In this document: piece after piece, positions 1 through 10,150 of the stretch
How the letters are laid out: every line of letters starts with the position of its first letter
How positions within the stretch are numbered: position 1 is the first letter of the stretch
Origin: Verrucomicrobiales bacterium
GTDB lineage: Bacteria > Verrucomicrobiota > Verrucomicrobiia > Verrucomicrobiales > V1-33
Direction: 5' to 3'
NCBI GenBank assembly: GCA_031411295.1
Contig: JANOAV010000072.1
Coordinates: forward strand, 15,103 to 79,102
Length of the DNA stretch: 64,000 nucleotides
Translations under genes and position numbers: made by a program
Notes under the pieces: generated by a model
Databases searched by the model: none
What the model was told of the DNA's origin: nothing
What the model saw: only the letters and a program-made list of their open reading frames with translations

Positions 1-1475
1 GGACCGAAGGGAATGGACTCCAAGGCCAGCCACTGCTGCGCCCAGGCTTTGATCTGCTCGCAGCCTTTGCGGGGCACGCAATACTCCAGGATGACGGTGA
101 AGGGCAGTTCGCAGGAAGTCTGGTTGTAACCGCCAGCACCTCCGGTGCCAGTGCCACCCGCTGGGGTGGTGTGGAAGACCGGCCCTAACGCACAGAAGAC
201 GAAGCGCGCTTCTCCTGCCTCGCAGATTGGATTGCAGGGATCATCTTTCACGGTGCCCCCGCCGTAGGGACTGCCATTTGTCTGCCGCAGATCGACCCGA
301 TTCACGATGGCGCAGAGCCGGAAGGGAGCTTTCGCCAAATCCAGCGGACCGCCGGGACCTACGCCGCTGGCAATCTCCCAGGGCGTGATGATCGACGTTT
401 GGATACTGGCAAGCCGCTCGGCCACGACGTCGTTGTTGATCGTTTGGTTCACCACCCAACTTTCCAGCCAACGGCGGACGAAGTCGCGTGGGTCCACTCC
501 AGTGGGAGTCATGTTAGTCATCAGCTTACCAAAGGTCCACGGACCCATGGGGGTGCCGATACCAGGCTGGCCCTGCACGGAGCAGGGATCGAAGGTGCGG
601 ATGGGATCATTCACCACGGTCAAATCGGTGATCATCAAAGATTTATCCCAACTGCCGACCGTGAGAGGGCTCACGACCACCGGACCGGCACCGGCCGCAC
701 CGCCGGGCGCACCTGCGATGCCGGCCGCGCCTCCGGTGGAGCGCACGCTGGGTGGTCCTCCCAAAGTTTTGCTAGGGGCTCCAGTGGCTCCACCGATGAA
801 CCCGCCGCGTATGATGTAGGGCTGTCCCGGTGGCAGGCCATTCAGTGAAATGGGGGCTACAGGGACGTTCCCAATCCACTCCCGGCCTCTAAACATCGGT
901 TGCACCGTGCCTGGAGGAAGTCCGTTGAGAAAGGTGTTTAACTCGTTCACTTCAGCGCCCGAGAGAAACAAGGCAGCGGTGAATTTTCCATCGCCAGCAA
1001 CTTTATCTCCGCTCGTGCCATCATCGCGGAAAATTTTTACGCTGCCCCCAATCGACATGGGGATGGTGGGGCTGCCAGGGGGATTATCAAAGGTCACTTC
1101 AATCGGAGAGAAACCATCAATGGTCACGCTGGGAAGCGAGATTTCCGTAATCGGGGGGTGCACTGGAAGGCTGAATCCAGCGGCATCCGATACCTGACCG
1201 TTCTGGACCACCCGGAAGAACTTGTTGGGTTTGTCGATGGCCATGGTGGCGCGCTGTTGGGTGGCTGGCACGGGAGCCAGGGTCCAGTTGACGAGATCAT
1301 CGCTGACAAATAATTGGCTGTTGGGAGCCCAATCTACTCTGAGAGCAGATCCTGTGCTCTGCACGATTGGGGGGGCTAACGGGGCCGCCGGAAGATAAGC
1401 GGCGGCGGTCAGGGCCAAGGCTAGGCAAGGAATGACCGCGGCGCGTGACGCGGTCGGCAGGGTTGGTTGTTTCAT
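1..1475 (-). CDS. Secreted protein with choice-of-anchor X-like motif; runs off the window start (partial; absent from the supplied ORF track)
   Basis: Translated by hand from ATG at 1475: MKQPTLPTASRAAVIPCLALALTAAAYLPA (signal-like)...FRDDGTSGDKVAGDGKFTA...SLMITDLTVVNDPIRTFDPC...KAPFRLCAIVNRVDLR...EQIKAWAQQWLALESIPFG; no stop seen before position 1. Confidence 0.8.
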   Translation of the reverse strand, partial: MKQPTLPTASRAAVIPCLALALTAAAYLPAAPLAPPIVQSTGSALRVDWAPNSQLFVSDDLVNWTLAPVPATQQRATMAIDKPNKFFRVVQNGQVSDAAGFSLPVHPPITEISLPSVTIDGFSPIEVTFDNPPGSPTIPMSIGGSVKIFRDDGTSGDKVAGDGKFTAALFLSGAEVNELNTFLNGLPPGTVQPMFRGREWIGNVPVAPISLNGLPPGQPYIIRGGFIGGATGAPSKTLGGPPSVRSTGGAAGIAGAPGGAAGAGPVVVSPLTVGSWDKSLMITDLTVVNDPIRTFDPCSVQGQPGIGTPMGPWTFGKLMTNMTPTGVDPRDFVRRWLESWVVNQTINNDVVAERLASIQTSIITPWEIASGVGPGGPLDLAKAPFRLCAIVNRVDLRQTNGSPYGGGTVKDDPCNPICEAGEARFVFCALGPVFHTTPAGGTGTGGAGGYNQTSCELPFTVILEYCVPRKGCEQIKAWAQQWLALESIPFG

Positions 1476-1665
1476 AGATAGCGGAATTTGAGTTTGGAAT
1501 GAATCGGCTCACATCCCCGCCCCAAAGAGGGAGCTTCGCGCACGACACCCACTCAGGCAGCCAGTTACGAAGTTTGGAAATGTAATCCACTTCGCTCATC
1601 GGTTTCCGCTGAGACGATTTGCAAAATTTTGGAATTATTTCACCGGCATTCCGCAGCAGGGGGGA

Positions 1666-1704
1666 ATAAAAAAGGGAGTCCGACTGAGACAGCCGGACTC
1701 CCTT
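1666..1704 (-). terminator. Rho-independent terminator downstream of glyQS
   Basis: Stem AAGGGAGTCCG (1672-1682) / CGGACTCCCTT (1694-1704), followed by a T-run on the minus strand. Confidence 0.75.
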
Positions 1705-1723
1705 GCTTTGATTTTGCGTTCTT

Positions 1724-3523
1724 TTACCCGTTGATTTTCGCCAGCAGGTAGCCTGCCAGTTCGTCGATCTTGACGCGGGTTTGGGCACCGCTGTCGCGTT
1801 CGCGGACGGTGACGGTATCGGCTAGTTCGGGGCCTTTTTCGCCCAGAGTTTCGAAATCGATGGTAACACCGAAGGGCGTTCCCACTTCGTCCTGCCGCGC
1901 ATAACGACGGCCGATGTTGCCGCCTTCATCGTAGAAACAATGGAAGTGTTTCTTCAGCTTGGCATAGACCTCGCGCGCTTTGGCCACTTGCTCGGGGCGG
2001 TTTTTCAGAAGCGGGAAGACACCGCATTTCACCGGGGCAATGCTGGGGTGAATGCGCAGGAAGGTGCGCATTTCTTTCTTGCCGTTGACGTCGGTTTTCT
2101 CTTCTTCAACAAAGGCGTTAGAAATGACAGCCAGCGCCAGTCGATCCAGCCCTGCGGAGGGTTCGATGACGTGGGGCAGGTAGTTGCCTTTGAGGAGTTT
2201 TTCCACAAAAGGAATCGCGGCGGTGCGGCCTGCGATGCCATCTTTTCCTTTGCTGATATAGCTGGCTTCCCAGGCATCGATGACCTTATTGGAAAACGCC
2301 TCTTTCTCCTCGGGGGACAGTTTTGCTGCGGCGGCCCTGAGTTCGTCGTCGAAGACTTCGAGGAATTTTCCGGAGTGTTCCTGATGCTGGCTCAGGTCGA
2401 AATTGCCGCGCGCGGCAATGCCTTCGAGTTCTTCCGTGCCGAAGGGGAACTTGAATAGAATGTCCACACAAGCGCGGGCATAGTGAGCCAGATCGGCGGG
2501 CTCCTGCCAGTAGTATTCTAGCACATCGCGTCCCAGGCCGATGGTAGCGTAGAACTTGGTGCGTTGGTCCACCCAGTAGCGATGCCACATTTCCCAGCCC
2601 CAGTTCGGCTGTGGTTCGGAGAGGTCGGCGGTCTCGCTCCACTGCGCCACGCTGCCGTGCATCAGCTCGATGGCTTCGTCTGGCGCGATGAAGAATTCCA
2701 ATTCCATTTGTTCAAACTCCCGCGAGCGGAAGGTGAAGTTTTTGGGAGTCACTTCGTTGCGGAAGGCTTTGCCGATTTGGCAGATGCCGAAGGGGACTTT
2801 GATGCGACTGGAATCGAAGACGTTCTTAAATTGCACGAAGATGGCCTGGGCCGTTTCCGGGCGCAGGTAGGCGCGATTTTCCTCGGTGGCGGTAGGGCCC
2901 ACGAGGGTGCTGAGCATGAGGTTGAAGGGGCGCGCTTCGTTGAGGGCTCCGGTGGTTTCCGGATGGAAATCTACCGATCCTTCTAGCACGTCGCCTTTGG
3001 TTTCCCCTAGCAATTCGATGGCCTCAGATGCGCCTGCGGCTTCACCTGCATTTTGTGCCAGCAGAACGCGGATGCGTTTGCGGAAGCTGTCAATGTGCTC
3101 GCCCTTCTTAATCAGCGCGGAGAAGGGACGGCTGTATTTCCAACCGGTGGGTGAGGTGGCACCATCATAAAACATGGCGACACCAAAGGAGGGATCTACA
3201 TGATCCGCCCGAACGCGTTTGTTGGAGATGATGCATTCGCGCATCAAGTCCGCAAAAGTATCCACGTGGCCGGATGCCTTCCAGATGGCTGGATGCATGA
3301 TGATGGTGGCATCCAGGCCCAACACATCTTCGCGCTGACGGGTCATGGTGACCCACCACGCTTCACGCAAATTCCGCTTCAGTTCTGCTCCCAGCGGGCC
3401 GTAATCCCAGAAGCCGCCGATCCCGCCGTAGATCTCAGAGGATTGGTAGATATAGCCACGGCGTTTGCAGAGGCTGGTGATCTTCTCCATCAAGGGAGTT
3501 TCTTTCGCTTTGGGATCGCTCAT
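1724..3523 (-). CDS. glyQS: Glycine--tRNA ligase (alpha2 homodimeric type)
   Basis: SSEIYGG..GFWDYGPLG, YLRPETAQAIF, QIGKAFRNEVTP..F.FRSREFEQME, PHVIEPSAGLDR, anticodon domain IGRRYARQDEVGTPF; start placed at MSDPKAK (3523). Confidence 0.95.
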   Translation of the reverse strand: MSDPKAKETPLMEKITSLCKRRGYIYQSSEIYGGIGGFWDYGPLGAELKRNLREAWWVTMTRQREDVLGLDATIIMHPAIWKASGHVDTFADLMRECIISNKRVRADHVDPSFGVAMFYDGATSPTGWKYSRPFSALIKKGEHIDSFRKRIRVLLAQNAGEAAGASEAIELLGETKGDVLEGSVDFHPETTGALNEARPFNLMLSTLVGPTATEENRAYLRPETAQAIFVQFKNVFDSSRIKVPFGICQIGKAFRNEVTPKNFTFRSREFEQMELEFFIAPDEAIELMHGSVAQWSETADLSEPQPNWGWEMWHRYWVDQRTKFYATIGLGRDVLEYYWQEPADLAHYARACVDILFKFPFGTEELEGIAARGNFDLSQHQEHSGKFLEVFDDELRAAAAKLSPEEKEAFSNKVIDAWEASYISKGKDGIAGRTAAIPFVEKLLKGNYLPHVIEPSAGLDRLALAVISNAFVEEEKTDVNGKKEMRTFLRIHPSIAPVKCGVFPLLKNRPEQVAKAREVYAKLKKHFHCFYDEGGNIGRRYARQDEVGTPFGVTIDFETLGEKGPELADTVTVRERDSGAQTRVKIDELAGYLLAKING

Positions 3524-3675
3524 GTGAGGCTTATGGGTGTGTGTTTTAAGGCCCGGAGGTCCGCACGGGAATGGCGGCAACGGGGGCGGGTTATGTGCCG
3601 TCTGAGCCGGGGGGCGTCAAGTGGAGAGAAATGACTGCTGCTGGACGGTTCAATTTTCCACCCGGCAAAGGCCGC

Positions 3676-5502
3676 CTAATCCCACAGTCTGCGTTTGCAG
3701 AAGGAGTAGGCCGCAATCAAACCCACCGCCACGTGCACTAGCAAAATGATGGTGGCGGTATCCACCGCCGGGAATGGAAAGGTGGGGGAGGCGTCGGTGA
3801 TTCCCAGGAACGGCTTGGTGCTGGACATGGACTGCATTTGCCCGGACCAACTCCAATAAGAGGAAATGAGCGGTTGGCTCACTGGCTCCAGCCAGCCGGG
3901 CATCTTCAAGACTGCCCCGCTCAACGGAAGCTGAAAGCCGACCAAATAAATACTGAGCAAGGAGGCCTGATCCGCCGACTTCATAGCCGCAGAAATGCCC
4001 AGGCAGACAAACGTCATGGCCGCATTCACCAGCACCAGCAACGTTAATCGCTGCGTGAGGTCACCCGGCAGGTCGCAGAACATATGGACGAAGATGCCCA
4101 TCCAGAGCGATTGCGCTAACACGAGAAATGAAAGAAACGCCACCTTGCTCAACAAGTAACTAAACGGACGCACCCCACCCAACCGTTCCTTCTCATAGAT
4201 CAGACGCTCGCCCGCAATTTCCCGGGCCGCATTGTTGGAGCCCATGAGCGTTAGGAGCACCACTTGAAACATCACCAAGCCCGAGATCAGCGCGCCAATT
4301 TTGGTCTGCCGCGTCACGATGTCCGCAATCGCCTTCGGTTTCTCAAAGTCACTCAGCGCTGGATCCACCGTGCGATCCGGGAAGGCCTCGATGCCATGGG
4401 GGGCAAAGATCACCACTAGCAGCGGGAACACAATCATCAGTGCCAGTTGCAGCAGGATCTGCGTGCGATCCCGGAAGAATAATTTCCACCGCCGTCCCAG
4501 CAGCACGAAGAATTGTTTTAAGAATCCGGGGAGTTCCGTCTCTTCATGCTTCTCCGCTTGCTGCGTTGGCGTCGATGCCACCGCTAGTTCTGCTGGCTCT
4601 GCTGACTTTTCCTCGTCGGTTGTCGCAGTGGCCGCAGTGGACTCGGTTGGCAGAGGCTTCGGCCTTTCGGCCAAGAGTTTGCCTTCAGTGCGTTTGGCCT
4701 GGCGTCTTTCGATGATGGAGTAGTAGTTCGCGCGATGCTTGGCCCAGCTTTCATGCCAACTCATGGATTGCCGCAGGGCCAACTGCGGGTAAACATCCTC
4801 GGCACTCGCCACGCTGAAGTAATGCGCCAGCGCATCGGGCGGACCATGGAATACCGTCTTCCCCTCGTGCAACACTAGCACGGAATCATACAGCTCCAGA
4901 TTTGCCAAACTATGCGTGATGTTAATCACCATGCGGCCACCCTTGAGCGAGAGTTGGTGCATGAGATTCACAATGTCTCGCTCGCTCTGCGGATCCAAGC
5001 CGCTGGTGACTTCATCACAGAGCAGGAGTTGCGGATTGGTCACCAGTTCCATCGCCAGACCCAAGCGACGTTTCTGTCCTCCGGACAGGACGCTAACTCG
5101 CTTCTCCCGCATCGACTCCATCCCCGTCTGGGCAATGACACTGTCTGCCCGATCGTAAAGTTCATCATCATCATCCGTTACCACGCGCAAGCGCAGGGCA
5201 TTTTCCACGCATTCCTCAACTGTCAGGTGGTCGTAGGCGATGGAGAACTGCGGCACATAGCCTAATTGATTCGGGGTCATTTCTCCATCCTCCGCCAAGT
5301 TCTCTCCCTGCCACCAGACCTCCCCTTCAGTTTCCAGCAACAACCCCGTAACGATCTTCATCAACGTCGTCTTACCGCAGCCCGACGGCCCCACCACGGC
5401 CATAAAGTGACCTTCCGGCACCTTCAGGGAAATTTTATGCAACAAATCAAGGTCCTCGCCATCTTTCTCAATGGTGTAAGTAATATCGCGGAGTTCCAGC
5501 AT
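3676..5502 (-). CDS. ABCG-type half transporter (N-terminal ATPase fused to ABC-2 permease)
   Basis: Walker A GPSGCGKT, signature LSGGQKRR, Walker B LLLCDEVTSGLD, about six C-terminal TM helices with REIAGER..YEKER; start placed at MLELRD. Confidence 0.9.
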   Translation of the reverse strand: MLELRDITYTIEKDGEDLDLLHKISLKVPEGHFMAVVGPSGCGKTTLMKIVTGLLLETEGEVWWQGENLAEDGEMTPNQLGYVPQFSIAYDHLTVEECVENALRLRVVTDDDDELYDRADSVIAQTGMESMREKRVSVLSGGQKRRLGLAMELVTNPQLLLCDEVTSGLDPQSERDIVNLMHQLSLKGGRMVINITHSLANLELYDSVLVLHEGKTVFHGPPDALAHYFSVASAEDVYPQLALRQSMSWHESWAKHRANYYSIIERRQAKRTEGKLLAERPKPLPTESTAATATTDEEKSAEPAELAVASTPTQQAEKHEETELPGFLKQFFVLLGRRWKLFFRDRTQILLQLALMIVFPLLVVIFAPHGIEAFPDRTVDPALSDFEKPKAIADIVTRQTKIGALISGLVMFQVVLLTLMGSNNAAREIAGERLIYEKERLGGVRPFSYLLSKVAFLSFLVLAQSLWMGIFVHMFCDLPGDLTQRLTLLVLVNAAMTFVCLGISAAMKSADQASLLSIYLVGFQLPLSGAVLKMPGWLEPVSQPLISSYWSWSGQMQSMSSTKPFLGITDASPTFPFPAVDTATIILLVHVAVGLIAAYSFCKRRLWD

Positions 5503-5809
5503 AGGTAAGACGGAGGGTAAGGGGTGGAGCAATAAATTGCAGTCGTGCTAGTTGGAATGGAGCGAGCACAACCACAGCGCAGCCCCATTGTGAAGCAAAA
5601 TTTCATTTCGGCTACCGGGAATCTCATGCTGCGGAGAATTCCGCCCATCCGCGTTTTCGCACCTCCAGCGCACCATTCTGTCCCCTGAAGGTGCTGGGAC
5701 AAGAATATTTCAAAATGTGGGAAACTTTCCGCACCGGTTCTTTCTGAATGGATTGGAACCTGGCAGCGCTGTTGCCGCTCAGGTCCGGAAACCACAACCC
5801 CAAAACTCC

Positions 5810-7195
5810 ATGAGACAATCGCTCCTACCACTCCTGATCGGCCTCTGCGCCACCAGCCTCACCCCATGTGTCGCCCAAAATCGGAACACCGTGCCCTTAT
5901 TTACCGTGCCCTTAGGCGCGGAAGTGACCGAGTTATGCGCCTCCGGTGATTACGCTTACGTTGCCCGTGGCTCTGCGGGAGTTGCCGTGGTGAAAATTTC
6001 CGGTCCGGGTTCCCCGGCGCAAGTGGGCACCATTCGCCCTTACCCAGGATCCGCCAATATTTGTATCTCTGACGTTCAGGTGCTGGGAAACATCCTCTAT
6101 ATCGGCAACGAAGTGCCCAATGGCAGCCCGACTCCACACACCGGCTTGTTTATGTTCGATCTCAGCACGGATCCCATCAATCCTCCGCCCGTGGGCACCA
6201 TTTCCTGGGGGGAGTTCGCTATGTCTTACGTGGGAGCCAGCGCGCATGCCATCTGCGTGAATCAAGCGGCCGGCCGCACTTACGCTTACATTGCCTCCAG
6301 CATCAGTAATGTGGCCGAAGTGTTCGACGTCACGAATCCCGCCGCGCCTGAATTCAAAGCCGATCTCATGCCGCAGCTTAGCTCGGGCATCGTGCCTGGC
6401 ACGGTGCATGACGTGGCCGTTAAAAATGGGAAATCGGTCACCACTTACGCCACGGGAGGATTCACGATCCATGATGTTAGCGACATTGCCAACAGTGGGA
6501 TCAATTGGCAGACGGAAACACTGGTGAACACCACCGTGCGTCTGAACACCACGAAATACACTAACGCCCTGACTTACCATGCAGCCTTCTCGGACGATGG
6601 TAATACGGTGATTACCGTGGACGGACGTTACTACAACGGCTGCCGCACTTGGAATCTGGCCAGCATCACCACGCCGAACGTTCCCTTGGTTCACACCGCG
6701 CTCTACACCAGCGCCACCACCGCTTTCATGCACAATATCCATGTCGATGGGAAATACATTTACCTCTCCAACTTCATGGACGGTTGCCGCATTTTGGAAC
6801 TGCAACCCACCGGTGATTTGACTGACATGGGTCGCTACGACACCACACCCACCACCGCTGGAACTAGTTCCCAAGGGGTCTGGGGCGTCTTCGTGGCAGG
6901 CGATAAAGTCTTGCTAGGTGACACCATGCTCGGACTCGTGGCGATTGATTTCCGCGATACCATCGTAATTCCGCAAGCCGATTGGAAACAAAGCACACGC
7001 ACGCTCACGGTGCAGTGCAGCAGCACCGCAGCACCCAGCGTGGATCTCAGCATTGCTGGCTTCGGTCCCATGACGTGGAATTCCAATACCGGAAAATACC
7101 AACTCGTCCTGAGCGGAGTGAACTCCAATCCGAACAACATTACCGTGACCTCCAGCATCGGCGGCAGCCAAACCTCCACTGTGCGGCGGAGGTAG
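5810..7195 (+). CDS. Secreted LVIVD-repeat beta-propeller protein
   Basis: Signal peptide MRQSLLPLLIGLCATSLTPCVA; repeated YAYVA..GVAVV.IS.P..P, LYIGNE, YIYLSNFMDGCRIL units; small C-terminal beta domain. Confidence 0.75.
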   Translation: MRQSLLPLLIGLCATSLTPCVAQNRNTVPLFTVPLGAEVTELCASGDYAYVARGSAGVAVVKISGPGSPAQVGTIRPYPGSANICISDVQVLGNILYIGNEVPNGSPTPHTGLFMFDLSTDPINPPPVGTISWGEFAMSYVGASAHAICVNQAAGRTYAYIASSISNVAEVFDVTNPAAPEFKADLMPQLSSGIVPGTVHDVAVKNGKSVTTYATGGFTIHDVSDIANSGINWQTETLVNTTVRLNTTKYTNALTYHAAFSDDGNTVITVDGRYYNGCRTWNLASITTPNVPLVHTALYTSATTAFMHNIHVDGKYIYLSNFMDGCRILELQPTGDLTDMGRYDTTPTTAGTSSQGVWGVFVAGDKVLLGDTMLGLVAIDFRDTIVIPQADWKQSTRTLTVQCSSTAAPSVDLSIAGFGPMTWNSNTGKYQLVLSGVNSNPNNITVTSSIGGSQTSTVRRR

Positions 7196-7200
7196 ATCAT

Positions 7201-7264
7201 GTGCAAGGTGATAGGTGTCCTGTGCAAGGTGATAGGTGTCCTGTGCTGCTGCCATGACACCTAT
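7201..7264. repeat. 21-bp tandem repeat (2.2 copies) plus inverted partial copy
   Basis: GTGCAAGGTGATAGGTGTCCT at 7201-7221 and 7222-7242; GACACCTAT at 7256-7264 is the reverse complement of ATAGGTGTC. Confidence 0.85.
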
Positions 7265-7271
7265 TAGTTCC

Positions 7272-7303
7272 AAAAGGCCGCCTGGTTTCCCCGGCGGCCT
7301 TTT
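7272..7303. terminator. Bidirectional intrinsic terminator between convergent genes
   Basis: AAAAGGCCGCC-N10-GGCGGCCTTTT. Confidence 0.8.
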
Positions 7304-7443
7304 CGTGGCCTAAGGTAGTCCACCGGAACCGCCGCGCGTCCAATGATCCCGACCGCGCATCAGTCTGCGTGGTGTCTGCGGCCACTATGGAGTGGGCGAC
7401 GACTTCATCGCCAGGGCGGCAGCGAGCGTGGCGATCCCGCTGC

Positions 7444-8463
7444 TTACGAACACTGCATCTGCCTAGCCACAGGCCAGCCGGGGCAGGCTCTACAGACGCC
7501 GACATAGATATCACCAGCATCGCCAAACATCATGCCATGATCGTCCCCACCATTACCCAGTGCTTCTGCCTTGGCTCGGGAGAGCGGATCCGGTTTCCAG
7601 CGATGGTAGTCGCCACCATCCCATTCCCAACTGGCCAACGTGATGAGGAGTTCTGTCGGCTGATTGCATTTGGGACAGTTGATCGGTTCAGGGTCCTGGA
7701 CCCAATGGAAATGGCCGCCAATCTTCGTGCCTGGTGCACAACCGAGGAACCAACCATAGGCAGTGAGATTGACATCTTCGTCCTCCTCACCCTTCATCTC
7801 CTTCAGCCATTGTGGAAATTTCGGGCGCAAGGTGGAATCCAACCCAATCTCGGTAGTCAACGCTTCTGACAACGCCCACCGATCGGGATACTCGATCACT
7901 GGCTCGGGATGGAACTCGCATTCGACGGGTTCATAGCTGGCCGTCGGCGGCTTGTTGGGTGGATTCGCAGGATGCTGAGCAACGGTCTCCAGCGTTGAGG
8001 ACCACTTCGCGACTACGGCTGGGCAGTAGGCACCATCGTCATGATCGAAGGGGCACAAAAACAGTTGGAAGAGATCCTTTTGATCCGGCCACGGCATCTC
8101 TGGGAACTCTTGCTTCGTCAGTTGGACACAGCCAATATAAAAAGTATCATGCTCGGCACAGTTCGGCCAGTGCTCAGGTCCATTGGCGAGAAATACACCG
8201 CCGATCTTGGACGCACCAACAGGCAGTCCCAGATGTTTACGTGGATGGAGCCGCAGGGCTGCGCTCTGCAGCGGCAACAACTGCGGATGTTTCGCAACCA
8301 CATCACAGTGAGGCGGCGGGGTCACGAATTTTCCTGGGGGTCGCGTGCTGACGATGGTCAAGGCTTTGGGTAGATTTTTGAACTTCATGGTCTTGGGATT
8401 GATGGACGTGGGACCACAGGCGGGAAGCGCTACGGCCGACAGTAAAAAGGCACGACGATTCAT
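7444..8463 (-). CDS. DUF1963/YwqG-like protein, possible lipoprotein
   Basis: ASKIGG, GTKIGGHFHWVQDPE..CPKC, MFGDAGDIYV.VC motifs; N-terminus MNRRAFLLSAVALPAC is lipobox-like. Confidence 0.7.
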   Translation of the reverse strand: MNRRAFLLSAVALPACGPTSINPKTMKFKNLPKALTIVSTRPPGKFVTPPPHCDVVAKHPQLLPLQSAALRLHPRKHLGLPVGASKIGGVFLANGPEHWPNCAEHDTFYIGCVQLTKQEFPEMPWPDQKDLFQLFLCPFDHDDGAYCPAVVAKWSSTLETVAQHPANPPNKPPTASYEPVECEFHPEPVIEYPDRWALSEALTTEIGLDSTLRPKFPQWLKEMKGEEDEDVNLTAYGWFLGCAPGTKIGGHFHWVQDPEPINCPKCNQPTELLITLASWEWDGGDYHRWKPDPLSRAKAEALGNGGDDHGMMFGDAGDIYVGVCRACPGWPVARQMQCS

Positions 8464-8518
8464 TGCGATCTGAGTTTATGATGTTTTAGCTTCAACTCGC
8501 TCCGAGAACAAAGCACGA

Positions 8519-10150
8519 CTAACCCTTCGCCTGCTTTTGCTCGTGCTCCCGGCACCACCCTTTGATCTGCAATTCGTTGAAGATCTTGCCGACGATGCGA
8601 CGGAGCAGTCCTTTGAGATTCGGATTTTCAATATCCTGCAAACTACGCACGGCCTGCTCCTTGTAGCGTTCCAGCAGCATGAGGCAGTTCTCGGCGGCCT
8701 TGGTTAAGTCGCCAGTGAAACGTTCGCGCGCGGTGGCTTCGATGATGTTGGGGCGCAGCGGCGTTTCCGCACCTGCTTGGTTGTCCTCGGCTTGATCGTC
8801 AAGGTCATCGCGAATCTGATAGGCGATGCCCAGCGCTTCGCTAAATCCTGCCAGCGTCTCCTCCAATTCATCGAATCTCCCGGCAAAGCACGCGCCAATA
8901 TGCAGCGCCACGGAGAACGCTGGCGAGGTTTTGCGACGGAAAATTTCCAGCACTTGGGATGGAGCCAGCGGCTGCGGATCGTTATTCCAAGCCAGTTCCA
9001 TGCCCTGACCGCGGCACAACTCACGCTGGCCTTCGGCGGCTATCTTCATCATTGTGGCCTTGTGTTGCGCAGGGAGATTCGTTTCTGCTATCAAACGATA
9101 GCCTTCGCCAATCAAGAGATCGCCCACATTCAATGCTACCGCCACGCCATGTTCCGTGTGCAGGGCCGCCTCGCCATAACGTTGCGCATCGTTGTCCTCA
9201 ATGTCATCATGAATCAAGGAAGCCTTGTGGAAACACTCCACGGCAATGGCCAGCTTCTTGATGTCATCACTCAACGGAGCCTCGGCATTGGTGCGCAGGG
9301 CTTGGCTGGTGGCGGTAGTTAGGAACGGACGCCAGCGTTTCCCGGCCCGGCCCAGCCAATCGCGCGCCAGTAAATCTGCATGGCCATCTGCGGGTCCCAT
9401 CAGTGCGGTTAAATTTTCTTCTGTGAACCATCCGCGCACTTCATCATGCAGCGCGTTGAGGTTCAGGCGACGTGTCTTGTCCTCGCTGGTTAGGTGAATG
9501 TAATCCCAGACCCAATCGATATCCACCGTGGTATCAATGCAGTCATCCTGCAGCAGTGGCACGGCCACGGCGGGAATGGCCGCAGCTTCCACGTAAGGGA
9601 ACGTGCGCTCCAGCACGGGCAGACAGGAAATGCCAACAATGGCTTCGATCTTGCCGGTCTGAATCAGACTCATCACAATGGCGCTGCCTTCCGCTACCAG
9701 CACTGCATAGCCTAACCGCTCCGCTTCGTTTTGGAAATCCTGAATCGAGCACAGACCGCACTGTTTACAGAGCAGGCCGAACTCATCGAACGGAGCGGGG
9801 CATTTGCTCTCCACGCGGAGGCACTTGGGCATCAGCAGCAGGCGCTTTTCGAAGGGAATCGTGGCCAGGGTTTCGCGCCAGAGTTCGTTGGAGAAAATGA
9901 CGCCCGTATAGTCCGTCATGATCGGATCCAATCCCATCTCGGAAACAATGCGCTCGGCATGGCTGCGCAGTTCCTCCGTGGCCAAAGGCGGCACCGGCTG
10001 CTCCCGGTCCACGTAGGCCCGGATGAATGCCAACAGGGCATCCCGCTCCGGCTTGGTTTGCGGAATATTCTGTTTCGGCTTACGGAATCGACGAACCGTT
10101 AGCGGAATGGGAGGCGGGAGTTTGGCGGAGAGGATTCCAGAGATGGACAT
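8519..10150 (-). CDS. DUF116 (Cys-rich) - polyprenyl diphosphate synthase fusion
   Basis: N-terminal CLR....CPA.......C..CGLC; GKRWRP, first Asp-rich motif LIHDDIED, second YQIRDDLDD; start placed at MSISGIL. Confidence 0.85.
   Translation of the reverse strand: MSISGILSAKLPPPIPLTVRRFRKPKQNIPQTKPERDALLAFIRAYVDREQPVPPLATEELRSHAERIVSEMGLDPIMTDYTGVIFSNELWRETLATIPFEKRLLLMPKCLRVESKCPAPFDEFGLLCKQCGLCSIQDFQNEAERLGYAVLVAEGSAIVMSLIQTGKIEAIVGISCLPVLERTFPYVEAAAIPAVAVPLLQDDCIDTTVDIDWVWDYIHLTSEDKTRRLNLNALHDEVRGWFTEENLTALMGPADGHADLLARDWLGRAGKRWRPFLTTATSQALRTNAEAPLSDDIKKLAIAVECFHKASLIHDDIEDNDAQRYGEAALHTEHGVAVALNVGDLLIGEGYRLIAETNLPAQHKATMMKIAAEGQRELCRGQGMELAWNNDPQPLAPSQVLEIFRRKTSPAFSVALHIGACFAGRFDELEETLAGFSEALGIAYQIRDDLDDQAEDNQAGAETPLRPNIIEATARERFTGDLTKAAENCLMLLERYKEQAVRSLQDIENPNLKGLLRRIVGKIFNELQIKGWCREHEQKQAKG

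Noticed and set aside
7201..7246. Mini-CRISPR
   Set aside because: The repeats abut with no spacers.
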